NCBI GenBank assembly: GCA_051362555.1
Contig: CM120640.1
Location: 65,760,788 to 65,824,787, forward strand
Source: Lingula anatina
Lineage: Eukaryota > Animalia > Brachiopoda
Length of the DNA stretch: 64,000 nt
Direction: 5' to 3'
Part shown: one piece after another, positions 51,791 through 63,689 of the stretch
Position numbering within the stretch: position 1 is the stretch's first letter
Layout of the letters: every line of letters begins with the position of its first letter
The notes under the pieces: generated by a model
Seen by the model: only the letters and a program-made list of their open reading frames with translations
The model's database searches: none
Told to the model about the DNA's origin: nothing
Translations under genes and position numbers: made by a program

Positions 51791-54499
51791 TTGTACAAAA
51801 TGAAGTTTTGATCAGTGCAGTCAATCTTGAAATATTACATTTGTTAGAAATGCATTTTGGGTCTTGGTAGATATCTCTGCTTATGATGCTGAAAGGCAAA
51901 TGTACAAGTAAAGGGAATTGATTTCTGTAATGTTGGAAAAATAAAAAATCAAAACTGACTGTGTTTGTCATTTCCAATTTCATCTTTAGCTTTGCAAATC
52001 CTGGTCTGGTCTTATTAGATTGGACACTTTTTATATGCAGCCTACTAGGGGTGAAAGATGAAGCATATAAACACAGACAAATCATATCGAAATGAAATAT
52101 AAACACTTATGTACTTAACAAATTAAAAATACTACTGTTACCTGAAAACCACAGGAGAAAAATTACAATAGATCTGAAGACATTCATTCTGATCAAACAT
52201 AATGAAAGTGATACAAGAGACTGATACAGTAACAGGAAAACTTTACATTCCCATGGCATGAACATAAAATCCATGGAGGTATATTTTAAGTCCATTGCAA
52301 AAAAAGTGAAAAGTCTTGAATGGTGCAAATACTACCTTTCCATGACGGGGAAAATCCTCACAGAGGGTGCATTCAAACCAGTTGATCTGTGGGCTAACTA
52401 ATCCACAGATTAAATATGGTGCACACTTGACAATGGATACCTGCCTTCCACACACGCCTTACCAGCAGGGGCAGAACAATTAACTCTCAACCTGATTTCA
52501 TGTGTGACAACTAGTTTATATATGCCAATAAGGTACATATGACATCACTGAGCATAGTGATAACATTAAATGTCCTTCAGGAGGGCCAAGTTTTCTATGT
52601 GCTTATGCATTCTCTGTTTAAACTTTTTAGGGAATCTGATACCTTTCACTCTTTGGAAATCTTCAAATCCTACGAATGATCTTCCCTCTTTGACTTTAAA
52701 GAGCTCTTCCTTACGGAGGGTTTTGATCATGTGCAGCAGATCTTCTTTCCTGCGAGCAGCCCCGTGTTTTCTAGTCCGTCCCTTCTTCTCCCAGTGCAAC
52801 CTGAGTATTGAAAACTTTCTCTAGAACTTTCCCTATCCCAAGCATCTGGCTGTGTCTGTGTACAGTGCTTTTTGTTAATTGTCTCTACTATTCTCTTTAT
52901 ACATCTTGTTCAGGTGTTCACAGTGGAGTTCCTTTGGTATGTTATTTCTTTTCCCACCATGCACATTTACCATTCGCTCCCAAAGAAGATTAAGTCTTTC
53001 GGATGTTCCACCTACCATATTTATGAGTAACTGCATACCAAAGACGAAGAATTTTGGGTGGTTCTTCTCAAAAAACTGGAACATATCATACTGCGAATGA
53101 CGGACGATTCTTGGCCCATCATTTTCTCTAACAGCGTCATGACGGGCCATTATATTTAAGCCTCTCCATAACAAGTCTTTCACATACTCATTTTTGAGGT
53201 CTTTCTTGTTTTCCTTTTACTTGCCTTTGAGCGAATCCGAGTACAATTGTTGGCAGTCAATGCTACAAAACCAGTTCCCTTTTGGGACATCATTTTCCAA
53301 ACCCATACATTCAAAATGAAACCATGCACCACGTTGGCATTTTTTATTGTTACAATAGATCATTTTTCTTCTGACAACACCGTCGGACTAGCTGGATTGA
53401 TCTTCAGGCGGACCCTCATTATATCGCATTCAGTTAAAGCAACTTGTGTGTCTGGCATGCCTACTGAAGCTGCTAGGGGGGTAATAAGGGTTATGGGAAT
53501 GCTGTCTTAGGGTTGAAACAGAAGTCGTTTGTGCAATCATATTGATGTGTTCTAATATGCAGCATTTAACGTGTCAAAATGTTTTGTTACCTTTCTTTTA
53601 CATCCACCAAGCCACAGCATGTAAGATACCAACGTCTGCAGAACAGCACATTGTTTGGATCTGCTAAACAAGATAATGTTCAATAGGGTGCCAATGGTTG
53701 GGGCAAGTGATACCAATTTTTTCCTTTGCCTTTTAAGCATTTTTTTGTGATTTTGCTTTTTTGTAACTGCTGCCAAAAGATATGTGACAAGTGTTGGGCA
53801 AAATGTTTTAGCTTCACATTAAAGGGTGTCCCAAGAAAAAAACTCAATTTCTGATATTGATTTGAATGTGTTTTTATGCTGTGCCAAATATTTTACATAA
53901 CTGATTGTTTTCTTTCTAAGAGGATCAGCTATTAAGTTAATAGCTATTTGTTTAGCAGCACTGCATGCACTGAAAAGTATCTTCAGTCATTTCCTGTGCT
54001 TGTACCTTCTTAACTGATCCACAGCATTTTGTATTGTAACTTTCCTCTGAAAAGTAAAGAAAATACATTTTATTCATAGTTTTAGATTAAGTTAAAAAGA
54101 AAATCAAGCTACTATATAAAGCAAGATAAAGATGCTAATGTTTAGGTTTTACTATATAGGGATGTGTCATCAGATCCTAGAGTTTGAACACTATTAGGAA
54201 TATCTTTTTTTTTTTTTTTTTGGGGGGGGGGGGATATTTTCTGTTCACAAAATTGTAAAAAAAAAAAAAAAAAAAAAAACAAATAAACTGCATATGCCAA
54301 GTTTCCTTCTTTTCCCTGTCAGTATACTATTACCAAACTACTATATTAAACAGTATTTTTCAAAATTAAAAAAAAAGTGCACATGTACGTACAATTACAT
54401 GAATGCTCATGTTTTAATGCCTGTGATGGGAACTAATGAAAGGTAAGTTATTGATTGTAAGTTATTAAATGACGATACCTTCAGGGGTAAACTCTTTAA

Positions 54500-56653
54500 C
54501 CCTCAATCACCTTTCAGGGGCCTCGCAGGCCCGGACCCATGTATCTTTTGCTCTCTCTTCATTCGCATGAGGTTTTGAGCCTGTTCCTTTCAAGTAATCC
54601 TCAAGCAACTTATACCCCATCAATGGATAAATAATTAGTTTTGAAATAATTTACAACATATGTAGAAATTAACTTTTCCAAAAGTTAGTCCCATTTCCTG
54701 GAAACCGGGCCTCTGAGGCCCGGTCGCTTGATAATTTTACTTCCACATGGGATAAATAAGTCCATGTTACCTCAAATAGCTTTGCTATAAAATGTTTTAC
54801 ACAAGCAATATCATGTGTGCTATGACTATCAGTATGGTCAATGAAATCTGCCTGTGAAAGATTCAAGACCTGGAGAAATTATTATTTATGAGTAATCGGT
54901 CACCTTGGTCACCTGATATGCAGATATCAGTTTAAATCTATCATTATTACATACCTGATAGACTGCTCTACCTTTGCGAAACTTTCCATTTTGAGGGAAA
55001 AAAAAGCGTTTTTCATACACAGTGTATACTCATGCACCCAGGTGGAGGTAAAGCGAGCAAGGGACTGGTGTAACATGAAAATCTGACTCCCCCAGTCAGA
55101 TTTTCATAATGAAAATCTGACTCCCCATGAAAATTTGACTCCCCCTCCACAAATGTTCATAAATCTTATTTTATTTGAGTATATGACTGTGATATTGTAG
55201 TATGTAAAATGGAGGATACTTTGGCACTTTTTTTTAAGTTTGCAGGTGAATATTTTCATGAAAAAAATATGAAAATTAAAAATGTGCACTTAACTGCCCA
55301 TTGTCTCCCCTTTGAAAAAGCTATTTATTTGATATTGGATGATCATTTCTACATGTTTCCTTTAAATTTACTTTATGAAGATTATATTGGAAATATTTGA
55401 AAGTTTGATGGTAAACTATTGGGTGAAAAAACTAAAAAAAAAACATGAAAAATAGAAAATTAAAAATGTGCATTTTATCACCCAATAACTCCCCTATGAA
55501 AAAGCTATTTATTTGATATTTGATGATCATTCTGACATTTTTTCTATTAGGATACTTTATGAAAAATATATTGGAAATATTTAAAAGTTTGATGATAAAA
55601 TAGTGAGTGAAAGAATGAAAAATAAATCATGAAAATCTTCATTTTTATGCCCATGAGATTTGGATTCCCATAAAGAAAAGGACCTATTTTATATTCAGTC
55701 ACCATACCATAGTCTACATAGTTTGCACAGAGATGTACATTTTGTTATTATTTGAAAGTTTGGTAGTGAAAACTTTGGTGAATATTTTTAAAACAAGTAT
55801 TCATCTTACTACCTGTAGGTTTTGCACTTCCATGTCAAAATGCTACATTTTTAACTCAAGAAATTGGCCCCATTGCCTTTTTACTTAATTCTTCTTATAT
55901 AGCATACCCAGTATTTTACCATTCAAACTTTCAAATATTTCAAATATATTCTTCATTAAGTATCCTTAAAGAAAAGATGTCAGAATCAGCAAATATCAAA
56001 TAGATAGCCTTTTCATAGGGGAGTCATTGGGTGTTAGAATACAAATCTTTAATTTTTCTTATTTTTCATGTGTTTTTTTATTATTTTTTTCACCCAATTT
56101 TTTAACCATCAAACTTTCAAGTACTTTCAATATATTCCTCATAAAGTATCCTCAAAGAAAAGATGTCAGAATGATCATCAAATATGAAATAAATAGCTTT
56201 TTCCTTGAGGGGGTCATTGGGTGTTAGAATATAAATCTTTAATTTTTTCTTATTTTTTAATGTGTTTTTTTATTATTATTATTTTTTTCACCCAATTTTT
56301 TAACCATTAAACTTTCAAGTACTTTCAATATATTCCTCATAAAGTATCCCCAAAGAAAAGATGTTGAAATGGTCATCAAATGTCAAATAAATAGCTTTTT
56401 CATAGGGGAGTCCTTGGGTGGTAAAATACAAATCTTTAATTTTTTTTATTTTTTCATGAAAATTTTCACCTGCAAACTAACAAAAAGTGCCAATGTGTCC
56501 TCCATTATGCATACTACAAGATCATAGTCATTTACTCAAATTAAATTAGATTTTTGAATGTTTTTTGGGGGGAGTCAGATTTTCATGGTACACCGGGCCT
56601 CTGAGGCCCGGTTTCAGGGTTTACGTAGGGTTCCATTTCCTTGTGGATGAGGG
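54500..56653. mobile_element. piggyBac-like non-autonomous element inserted in an exon of Academ transposase 2
   Basis: TTAA at 54496-54499 and 56654-56657, with termini CCCTCAATCAC and GTGGATGAGGG. Removing it restores HARSPL-KSLPLK|GT on the minus strand. The palindrome CCGGGCCTCTGAGGCCCGG occurs near both ends. Confidence 0.75.
55065..56596. mobile_element. Foldback-type element with long inverted arms made of ~185-bp tandem units, nested in the piggyBac-like element
   Basis: Ends C(T/C)GGTGTA(A/C)CATGAAAATCTGACTCCCC are inverted. The left arm has about 2 units (55.25-55.62 kb) and the right arm about 3 inverted units (55.92-56.47 kb). No TSD was recognised. Confidence 0.8.
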
Positions 56654-57192
56654 TTAATGGAGATCTTGCATGATACAACCTTTCTTCTGCAGGATGTCCC
56701 TGGTGTTGCTGGCAACTGTTGTGAAACCATTGCCTACAAAAAAAAAAAAAATAATAATAATAATTTTCAGTCTCCTGTAGTGCTGGTAGGTTTTTTTTCA
56801 GGTTGTGGTTTTTAAATTCTATAACAAACAACATAAAAAAACTGACAGCATAAAAAGAAAATTCCTCTTTCCTCAGTGATTGGTGATCAGCTCCCTGTTG
56901 TTTGTTATTTTTATGATCTTCTATATATTGTAGAATCTTCAGTGTACTTTTTTTTTGCAGATGATACAAAGATCTTTACTATTATCCATAGGGAGTGTGA
57001 CAAGGATACTCTGAGGGATTAAGATAAACTCACAGACTGGAGCAGAACATGGTTGTTACGCTTTTACCTGGAAAAGTGTAAACAGTAGCATATTAGTTAG
57101 CATATTAGTTAACATATCACATCAGGATTTCAAGTATAGAATTATAGAAAACAACCTAGAAGAAGTCATAGAGGAAAAGATCTAAGAGAAAT

Positions 57193-58219
57193 GTGAACCA
57201 AAGTGAAGCCTGTCTCTGCTGCAATAATATTTTTGACTCTAAGGAAAAGGGTTACAGAAGAGTAGGGCCTAACGTCAATTTCAAGAAAGGACTACTGCTG
57301 CTCAAACATTACAGAGTTTTGTATTCAATTGATCTTACACCCGGGAAAAATGTTTTTTTTTTATGTTTAAACTGTAGTGCAGCTATTAGAAATTTGAACA
57401 CCAAGAGAGTAGATTTTGTAACCGCGGATTCAAAATTCCAAAAGATCAGAGAGGTAGGCTCATACATAAGAAAAAAAAAAAAAATACCAGCACCACCTTT
57501 CAAAGAAAATTACCATATCAAGAAAAGAAGACTTTTGGACTATACAGAAGCATCATCTGAAGAGTCAACATGTGCAACACCTCTCAGTACTGAGAGTGTA
57601 TACTCTCCACAAGGAAAACTGATTGACTTAGGCAACTAGTAATCCGGAGAAATGCAGAGTGGATACAGATTTCCCTACATTTTATTTTCAAACCAAATTT
57701 TGTCAAATTTTACCAATTTATATTTATTCAAAATTATGGGCTTGCCCCATCATTATTATTTTTAATTTTCCATAGGCTGGTCTTATGGTTTATAAAGGAA
57801 TTTGGGGAACTCCTTGTAAATACTCATTATTATCACAAATTCTTGACCAGTCCCATTTCTAATTTAATATAGGCTGGTCCTATAACTTCATAAATTCAAT
57901 TTCATTTCCCCTTTTATTCAAAATTGGACTGGTACCCAATCTTATTTAAAGAAAATGGGGGGGGGGGGGGGGGGGATGTTGCAGTTGTGGCCTATAGTGT
58001 AGTGCCAATGATTAGCGGAAAAATTAAACATCTTACATTCCACTGCAAGACAGCCAGTGTGACACATCCTGTGCAGCAAGTCTCCTATCTGCGAATATTC
58101 CTTGACCTGTCCTACTGAATTAAACCAATTGGTAGCTGGTATTCAGCACTGGCATAAAGTAGAAACAAGCAAGGAGCAATTGTGAAGACCCCACAGGAGA
58201 TCTAAAAGTGGAAAATAAG
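57193..58219 (+). pseudogene. Probable third Academ-type transposase, N-terminal C4 zinc-binding region only
   Basis: CLCCNNIFDSKEKGYRR...FFLCLNCSAAIR has the same CxxC..YRR..LCxxC layout as the start of fragment 2 and lies head-to-head with it. A probable second exon ends AAG|GTAAGT at 58219. Confidence 0.45.
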
Positions 58220-58871
58220 GTAAGTTGTCCATGCCCCTGATCACTACTATTTAGACTGTAGTTATCACAAGAATAAGTTACTTTTGCCACTCGTGTTCAC
58301 TTCAATATAGATTCACTATCTCCTTGGTAATTGACCAAAACGGTCATACAAATGCTGTATCTTCACTCCTTATTTCTACAGGTAAAATATAATACTTCTA
58401 GATCTATTGCACAGTTGAGTGTTTTTACCAATTAAAAGAATCTGTAACAGTTCTATGGGATAGACAGCTTTGAATTGATCTGTACTAATATGTACTGAAT
58501 CAAATTCATGAGCTAGGAGATGGATATATATGGATATCTTTTGCCATGTAATTTTTTTAAGTCTTTCGTGAGCAGTAGAATTCTGAATAACTTCTGTTTT
58601 CCAGTTTGAAAAGAAAGAGTGTATTTCCCAGAGCTTAACCAATCTATCCTGATTGTCATCTACATTATTCAGAGGGATTGATGAATTTCAAATTTGCTAA
58701 GAGTCATGACACACCTGTAAGTAATTTTCATAGATTCTGTTGCTGTGTTCTCCTGCTCATGCATTTCATTTGCTACCATTTCTGAAAGTGCATTCATGGC
58801 ATGTTTGACTCTCATCTCTGAAATGCTGCTAGCTTTGCTGAATTTGCATGGTCATTTTTAAATGTCCCTTT

Positions 58872-59102
58872 AGGACCACTCCCACAGATATTTGGATTGA
58901 TCGATCTCCCTGGGGAGTCTTACTAAATTGCCATTAAACTAACCAGCTTAAACGTCTGTCACGCCTAGTAAAACTGTTAGGGGGTAATTATCTTTACCCA
59001 TAGCTAATTTGGTAGACGTGACGGACAATTAAGCCTCTTGAGCTGATAGCAATTTAGCGTGAACCCCTAGGGAGTAAGGTCGATCCAGATGGATCAATCT
59101 AG
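58872..59102. mobile_element. MITE related to 9444-9658, inserted in the P-type transposase
   Basis: Shares internal motifs with the 9.5 kb copy and interrupts the transposase between ITWDQV and MRVKHA. Confidence 0.6.
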
Positions 59103-59449
59103 CATGTCTTTGTTTCTTTTCAGTAGCAGCTTATATATTACTTGATCCCATGTAATTTCTTTGTCATTTAGTAGCATTGTTCTTGTGTGGAATGCCTAAT
59201 GGCCTCTTTTTACTTTTAGCATATTGTTCCTGAATCTTTTCATCAGATGTGTACATATAAATTATGGAAAAAATTGGTGCGACGGTAAATCTGTTCAGAC
59301 ACATGTGTTTGATCTTATAAATCTTATTTTTCAGATGCACCGTCAAAAATAGCACAAAGAACACTGAAACCAGCTTGATGTAGGTGAGACATTCCATCCC
59401 AGAATGTAAAGTTTAGTGTTGCTGCATTCGTATCGTTTGAAACAATGTA

Positions 59450-60932
59450 CGGTAATTCTCCAATCTATACGAACGATTTAAATTAATTATTTTTGGAAGA
59501 TAATCATTTTGTTCGTAAGGCTTGAAATTCAGTCTGCTAAAAATTGCCACGCGTTCGTATCCATTGAAATACGGATGGAATACGGCTGTACCTGAAGTTA
59601 TTTCCACTTACCTACATTGCTAAGTGTAAGCATTACTTTCAGATTAAATCACTGTGATCAGCTAAAAGCACAAACAAATTATTCTTGTGATATTGCAATG
59701 AATTAAAACAAACTAAACAAAAGTCGGGAAATTCAAGTTAAAAAACAATTTCTTCATACTAAAGAGGTACATTTCTCCCAAGACAAGACAACATCGTTTT
59801 TCCCTGTTATGTTTTACCAAGACAGGACAACATCGTTTTTCCCAACTTCTGTCAAAAACAGACATGAATATTTTCGTATCCAGTTGCATATTTTATTTAT
59901 TGCGTGTTTACTTTTAATATGATTTCACATATAGAAAATTTGCAATATTAATAATGTCACCCCCCCATTAGGCCTACATAAATTTCTCCCGCCAAAACAA
60001 AATACTTGAAACTCCTCACAGTAGATATCACTGACGTTAATAGAGATTTATAGTTGATATAAAAAATAACATCAGCTCAATTCAAGTCTATTTATGAAAG
60101 TCTTATACAGCATATTAATTTGCACGCAATCAATGTAAACTTAATTAGAAAAAATACAGAAAACTGCAGGCAAATTTGTATAAGGTCATACGGCACCTTT
60201 ATTTTTCACAATCACTAATATCAGTAAGGTTTACCTAATAGTTGTTCATGAGACAAGGTCTTTAACAAGGAAAAACAAACAAACAAACAAACAAAAAAAG
60301 TACATTAACTTTATCACAACTCCAATTAGAAAAATAAATACAATACAAGACAGAACTCCTCTTAAAAAAATTAATATCCTGATGACTACCAAAAACAAAT
60401 GAAAAACTCGATCATTGACAATGGATTTCTCATACTCTTCTGTTGTGCGTGGGTTTCAAGTTTATAGATTTTACTAGAAACCAGTTATCGGTGAAACACT
60501 GATGGTGGATGTTGATGATCCAGTCGGCCGGCACAAGTTAAGAAATGATAATAAACAGTAAGTAATTTATGCGTAATGATGCTGTCAATAATTTCTCAAT
60601 AACAATAGGGTTTTAAAACTACTGGCCTGTAGCTGCCGGCGGGCAGGTTGAGTCCTCCTATCGTCTCATTCAAAAACAGCACAAATACATGATAACAATC
60701 TCTCCTGTCAAGTGGCAGTTCCTTTGTTTGGAACGGTGGTCTGAAAACTCGCTTTGACGAATCATGGGGCGAGTTTCAATCGGGCACACTTTCTTGCGTT
60801 CGGAAAATTTAAATTGTGCCCAAGGTGAGTTTAGCGATCGTTCGTACAGAACGGAGACAAAAAATTCAGATTCAGAGAAAAAACGTTTCGTTCGTAATTA
60901 TTGCGGCGTTCGTATAGATTGGAGAATTACCG
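59450..60932. mobile_element. 1483-bp Tc1/mariner-like non-autonomous element (TA TSD, 26-bp TIR) carrying a HIRAN-like fragment
   Basis: TA|CGGTAATTCTCCAATCTATACGAACG ... CGTTCGTATAGATTGGAGAATTACCG|TA. Excision restores the P-transposase frame (DKFT-YIVS). Confidence 0.88.
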
Positions 60933-61035
60933 TATGTAAATTTGTCAAATAGACATTTGTAGAAAAACTGAGTAATGTGAGTACCAGTGTGTGTTTCCAG
61001 GGGAAGATTTCTTCTAGATCTTTATAAATATCTAT

Positions 61036-61584
61036 TACCCCGTTCACACTGCAGTCATTTAACCGCTTAAATAGCGAATTAGGTCGAGATTCGAATTATT
61101 GCGGTAGTCTGAGGATTTTTTTGTAAACCGATTTCTAAAAATCCTACTAGTAAGCTGGATTTTCTCCAGCGATTGGGTTACTTTACCGGAAGGGCCACCT
61201 GTTTAGATCGCACTGAGCATGCACCAGCAAATCTCGCGGGAAAGCATGGAACGTACCCTAACTCTCTGTCGAAACCTGGTTAGTCTCCTTCTTCTATCCG
61301 TCAAATTCTTCCTCTTCTTACTTAAATCTTCCTTTGACGACTTTTGGGTTAAATTTGATGTTCCAAAAACAAACGCGAGAAAAAAACCAGAGTGCGAGAA
61401 GAGCAATGATTGGTGCTATATTTTTGTTTTCATGGATTCTGCGCATGTGCGATTCTTCAAACTGGAACCTCCACCTGGATTTTCAGTGCATGATTCGGTT
61501 TCCCTTTGCTGTGTGTGGCCAGACAACCAAATCGGATTTTTCACCCGTAATTCGCATTGCAAAAATTCGGATATGAACGGGGTA
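61036..61584. mobile_element. 549-bp Harbinger-like element with 3-bp TSD TAT
   Basis: Termini TACCCCGTTCACA and TATGAACGGGGTA, with TAT at 61033-61035 and 61585-61587. Only the 3-bp TSD model restores the P-transposase frame (SFTD-I-DIYK). Confidence 0.8.
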
Positions 61585-61715
61585 TATGTCAGTGAAACTC
61601 ACGAGACCTTTATCACTGACGTTCCATACAAGTCCTTCCTTGATTTTTAATTCGTCAAAAACAACTGCCCCTGTGCAAGACTCACTTGGTATTGATTTCC
61701 TTTTGTTGAAACGTT

Positions 61716-62180
61716 TAATATAATAATAATAACCTTCTTATGTGGCGCCTTACAATAATGGATAATATAACTAAAATCATTAAAATGACTACAATATTTA
61801 AATCTTAAACACTCATTGGAAACCATTTGAAATTGCCACTGCTAAAAACTCAATCTTTTTAAAATATATACAAAATCTAAGAGATATAGACAGATTTAAA
61901 AATGTGAGCATTAGAAGGGATTTAAAACTGTCAAGGTCTTCTGCTTTTCTAATAAAATTTGGTAAGGCATTCCACACTTTTGGGGCATCGATTATAAAAG
62001 CCAATCACCATAACTTTTGAGGCACCCCTTCTCTAAAACAGAATGTTCTAAAATAAGGTCATTCTCAGTATTAAAACGTGTGGATCGTGTTAAAACAGAT
62101 AAGATCAGATAAATATAATGGTCCTTGCGTATGGATATCCTTAAAAATAATACAAAGTACTTAATAATCAATCCTCTGGT
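61716..62180 (-). mobile_element. 5'-truncated L2/CR1-type LINE 3' end
   Basis: QRIDY*VLCIIFK..GPLYLSDL and AFIIDAPKVWNALPNFIRKAEDLDSFKSLL are typical of the CR1/L2 ORF2 C-terminus. A short 3' UTR ends in a (TAT)n tail. Confidence 0.85.
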
Positions 62181-62616
62181 CTTGATTTAAAAGTTTTTTT
62201 CTGTCATCCAAATTTATTTCTGGAAAAGTTGGGTGCCAGCTCATACCAGTTTTTGTTTAACTGACAGCCTCCAACTGATCACTAATCACTGTATCCAGCA
62301 TATGATCATGTGGGTGACCGGTGTGATAAAACAAATGGTTTTTAGGCTCTTATGTGAAGAGAAAACTCTTCTGCAGTCCCATTTACATCTGTACTCTTTC
62401 TCTGGCGGAAGGCTTTCATTTTGTCTCTCTGCTGTATGTTCTGCAGTGTGCTCTTTTAATTCTTCAAGGGTGGCAAAATGCATTTTTCCATCACAATTTT
62501 TCCAATGGCAAATGGGATTTGATTCATCAATACTTTCAGATCTGGCCTTTGTTCTGTTTAAAATAGGTCTAAGATCGTTGTTCTTTCTCTTGTTTTTCAT
62601 CATTTTCTTTCAGTAA

Positions 62617-63618
62617 GGCCACACTTTTTTATTTTTATGGATGACATCCTCTGGGTACCCTAAAATCGGTGCGAGAGGGCGAAAAAAAAAAAAAAAACAG
62701 TCCAAAAAAAAAAAAAACTGCTTAAGTAAAGGAATGCTGTCAGTACACAGCTGGAAACACAAATTTTACCACAGAAACACGTATCAAACTAACAATATGT
62801 CTTTATCTATGCTCTCAAAATATTAAAGCATTGTGAATACTTCGTAGAAATGTAAAAAAAAAGTCATGAATAGCTATACTTCATATTACCAAATCTATTT
62901 AAGGTTATTTCATGCATTTAGTTGGTATAGCAATCAATAAAACAAATATCAATCAAACAGTGTGTCTTTATTTGTATTCTCAGAATATTAAAGCATTTTG
63001 AACACTTCACAGAAATGTTTAAAAAACGATGCAAAGATATGCTTAATACTACCAAATCTATTAAAGGTCATTTCGGACGATGACATTTTGTCTACTTCAA
63101 CTCACACGAAGCAGCCAAACTGTCAGGTGGCCTGTCCGACCTTCAGCCCACCGAATACCTCGACGCCCTTGTCGACCCTTTTTTCGCTAGAGAAAACCTG
63201 GTATTAATGTGCTGCTTTGTACAGAATGTCACAGAAATTTTTGGGGCGATAATTGCTGGCCGCCGCCAGCCTTTCGCACAATTGTAAAAAAAGTGATATC
63301 TCCATGCCCAATATCAATGGCATACCAATCCAAAAGGACGGCGCCCGATCTCTTTATGACTTTTATTGTTGTGTAATTTGAAAGTACTAGTAATCCTAGA
63401 CATGAATTTGACGGCAAAGCGGCTGCATTTCCACGTGGCGATAACACGCATGCGCAGAAAGCTCATTTCCTGGCAAATTCAATAACGACGTTTGTGACAA
63501 CCGACTTCGTTGGGGGCTGGGGGGGGGGATTTTTTTTTTTTTTTTTTTTTTTTTTGGAGAACGGGCGAAAATCGGCACGCGCGCAGGATGTCATCCATAA
63601 AAATAAAAAAGTGTGGCC
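62617..63618. mobile_element. Zator- or Harbinger-like non-autonomous element, copy 2 (inverted relative to 10328-11886)
   Basis: Same 34-bp TIR as copy 1, with TAA TSD at 62614-62616 and 63619-63621. It lacks the Kolobok-like insert. Confidence 0.9.
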
Positions 63619-63689
63619 TAATTTTGAATATTTCAGCATTTTATCAGAGTAGATCTTTGAGATTTTTTCAAGGCCTCGACCAATTTCTC

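Larger units (their letters stand above)
52566..57000 (-). pseudogene. AcademHP-type transposase (fragment 2): N-terminal C4 Zn motif, helical region, embedded PHD finger (53253-53363) and DUF6589-like C-terminus; internally deleted, with stops
   Basis: Motifs in order: LCIICKKKY; FFSWDTL*CEAKTFCPTLV..ILFSRSKQCAVLQTLVSYMLWLGG; MIYCNNKKCQRGAWFHFECMGL..PKGNWFCSIDC; HDAVRENDGPRI..HPKF..LWERMVNVHGGKRNNIPKELHCEHLNKMYK; KHGAARRKEDL..ELFKVKEGRSF. A transposase with a PHD finger, convergent to a RecQ helicase, is the described AcademHP arrangement. Confidence 0.8.

Noticed and set aside
62286-62603. Independent host zinc-finger gene
   Set aside because: It is frameshifted, flanked by insertions and continuous with P-transposase motifs, so it is treated as part of that pseudogene.
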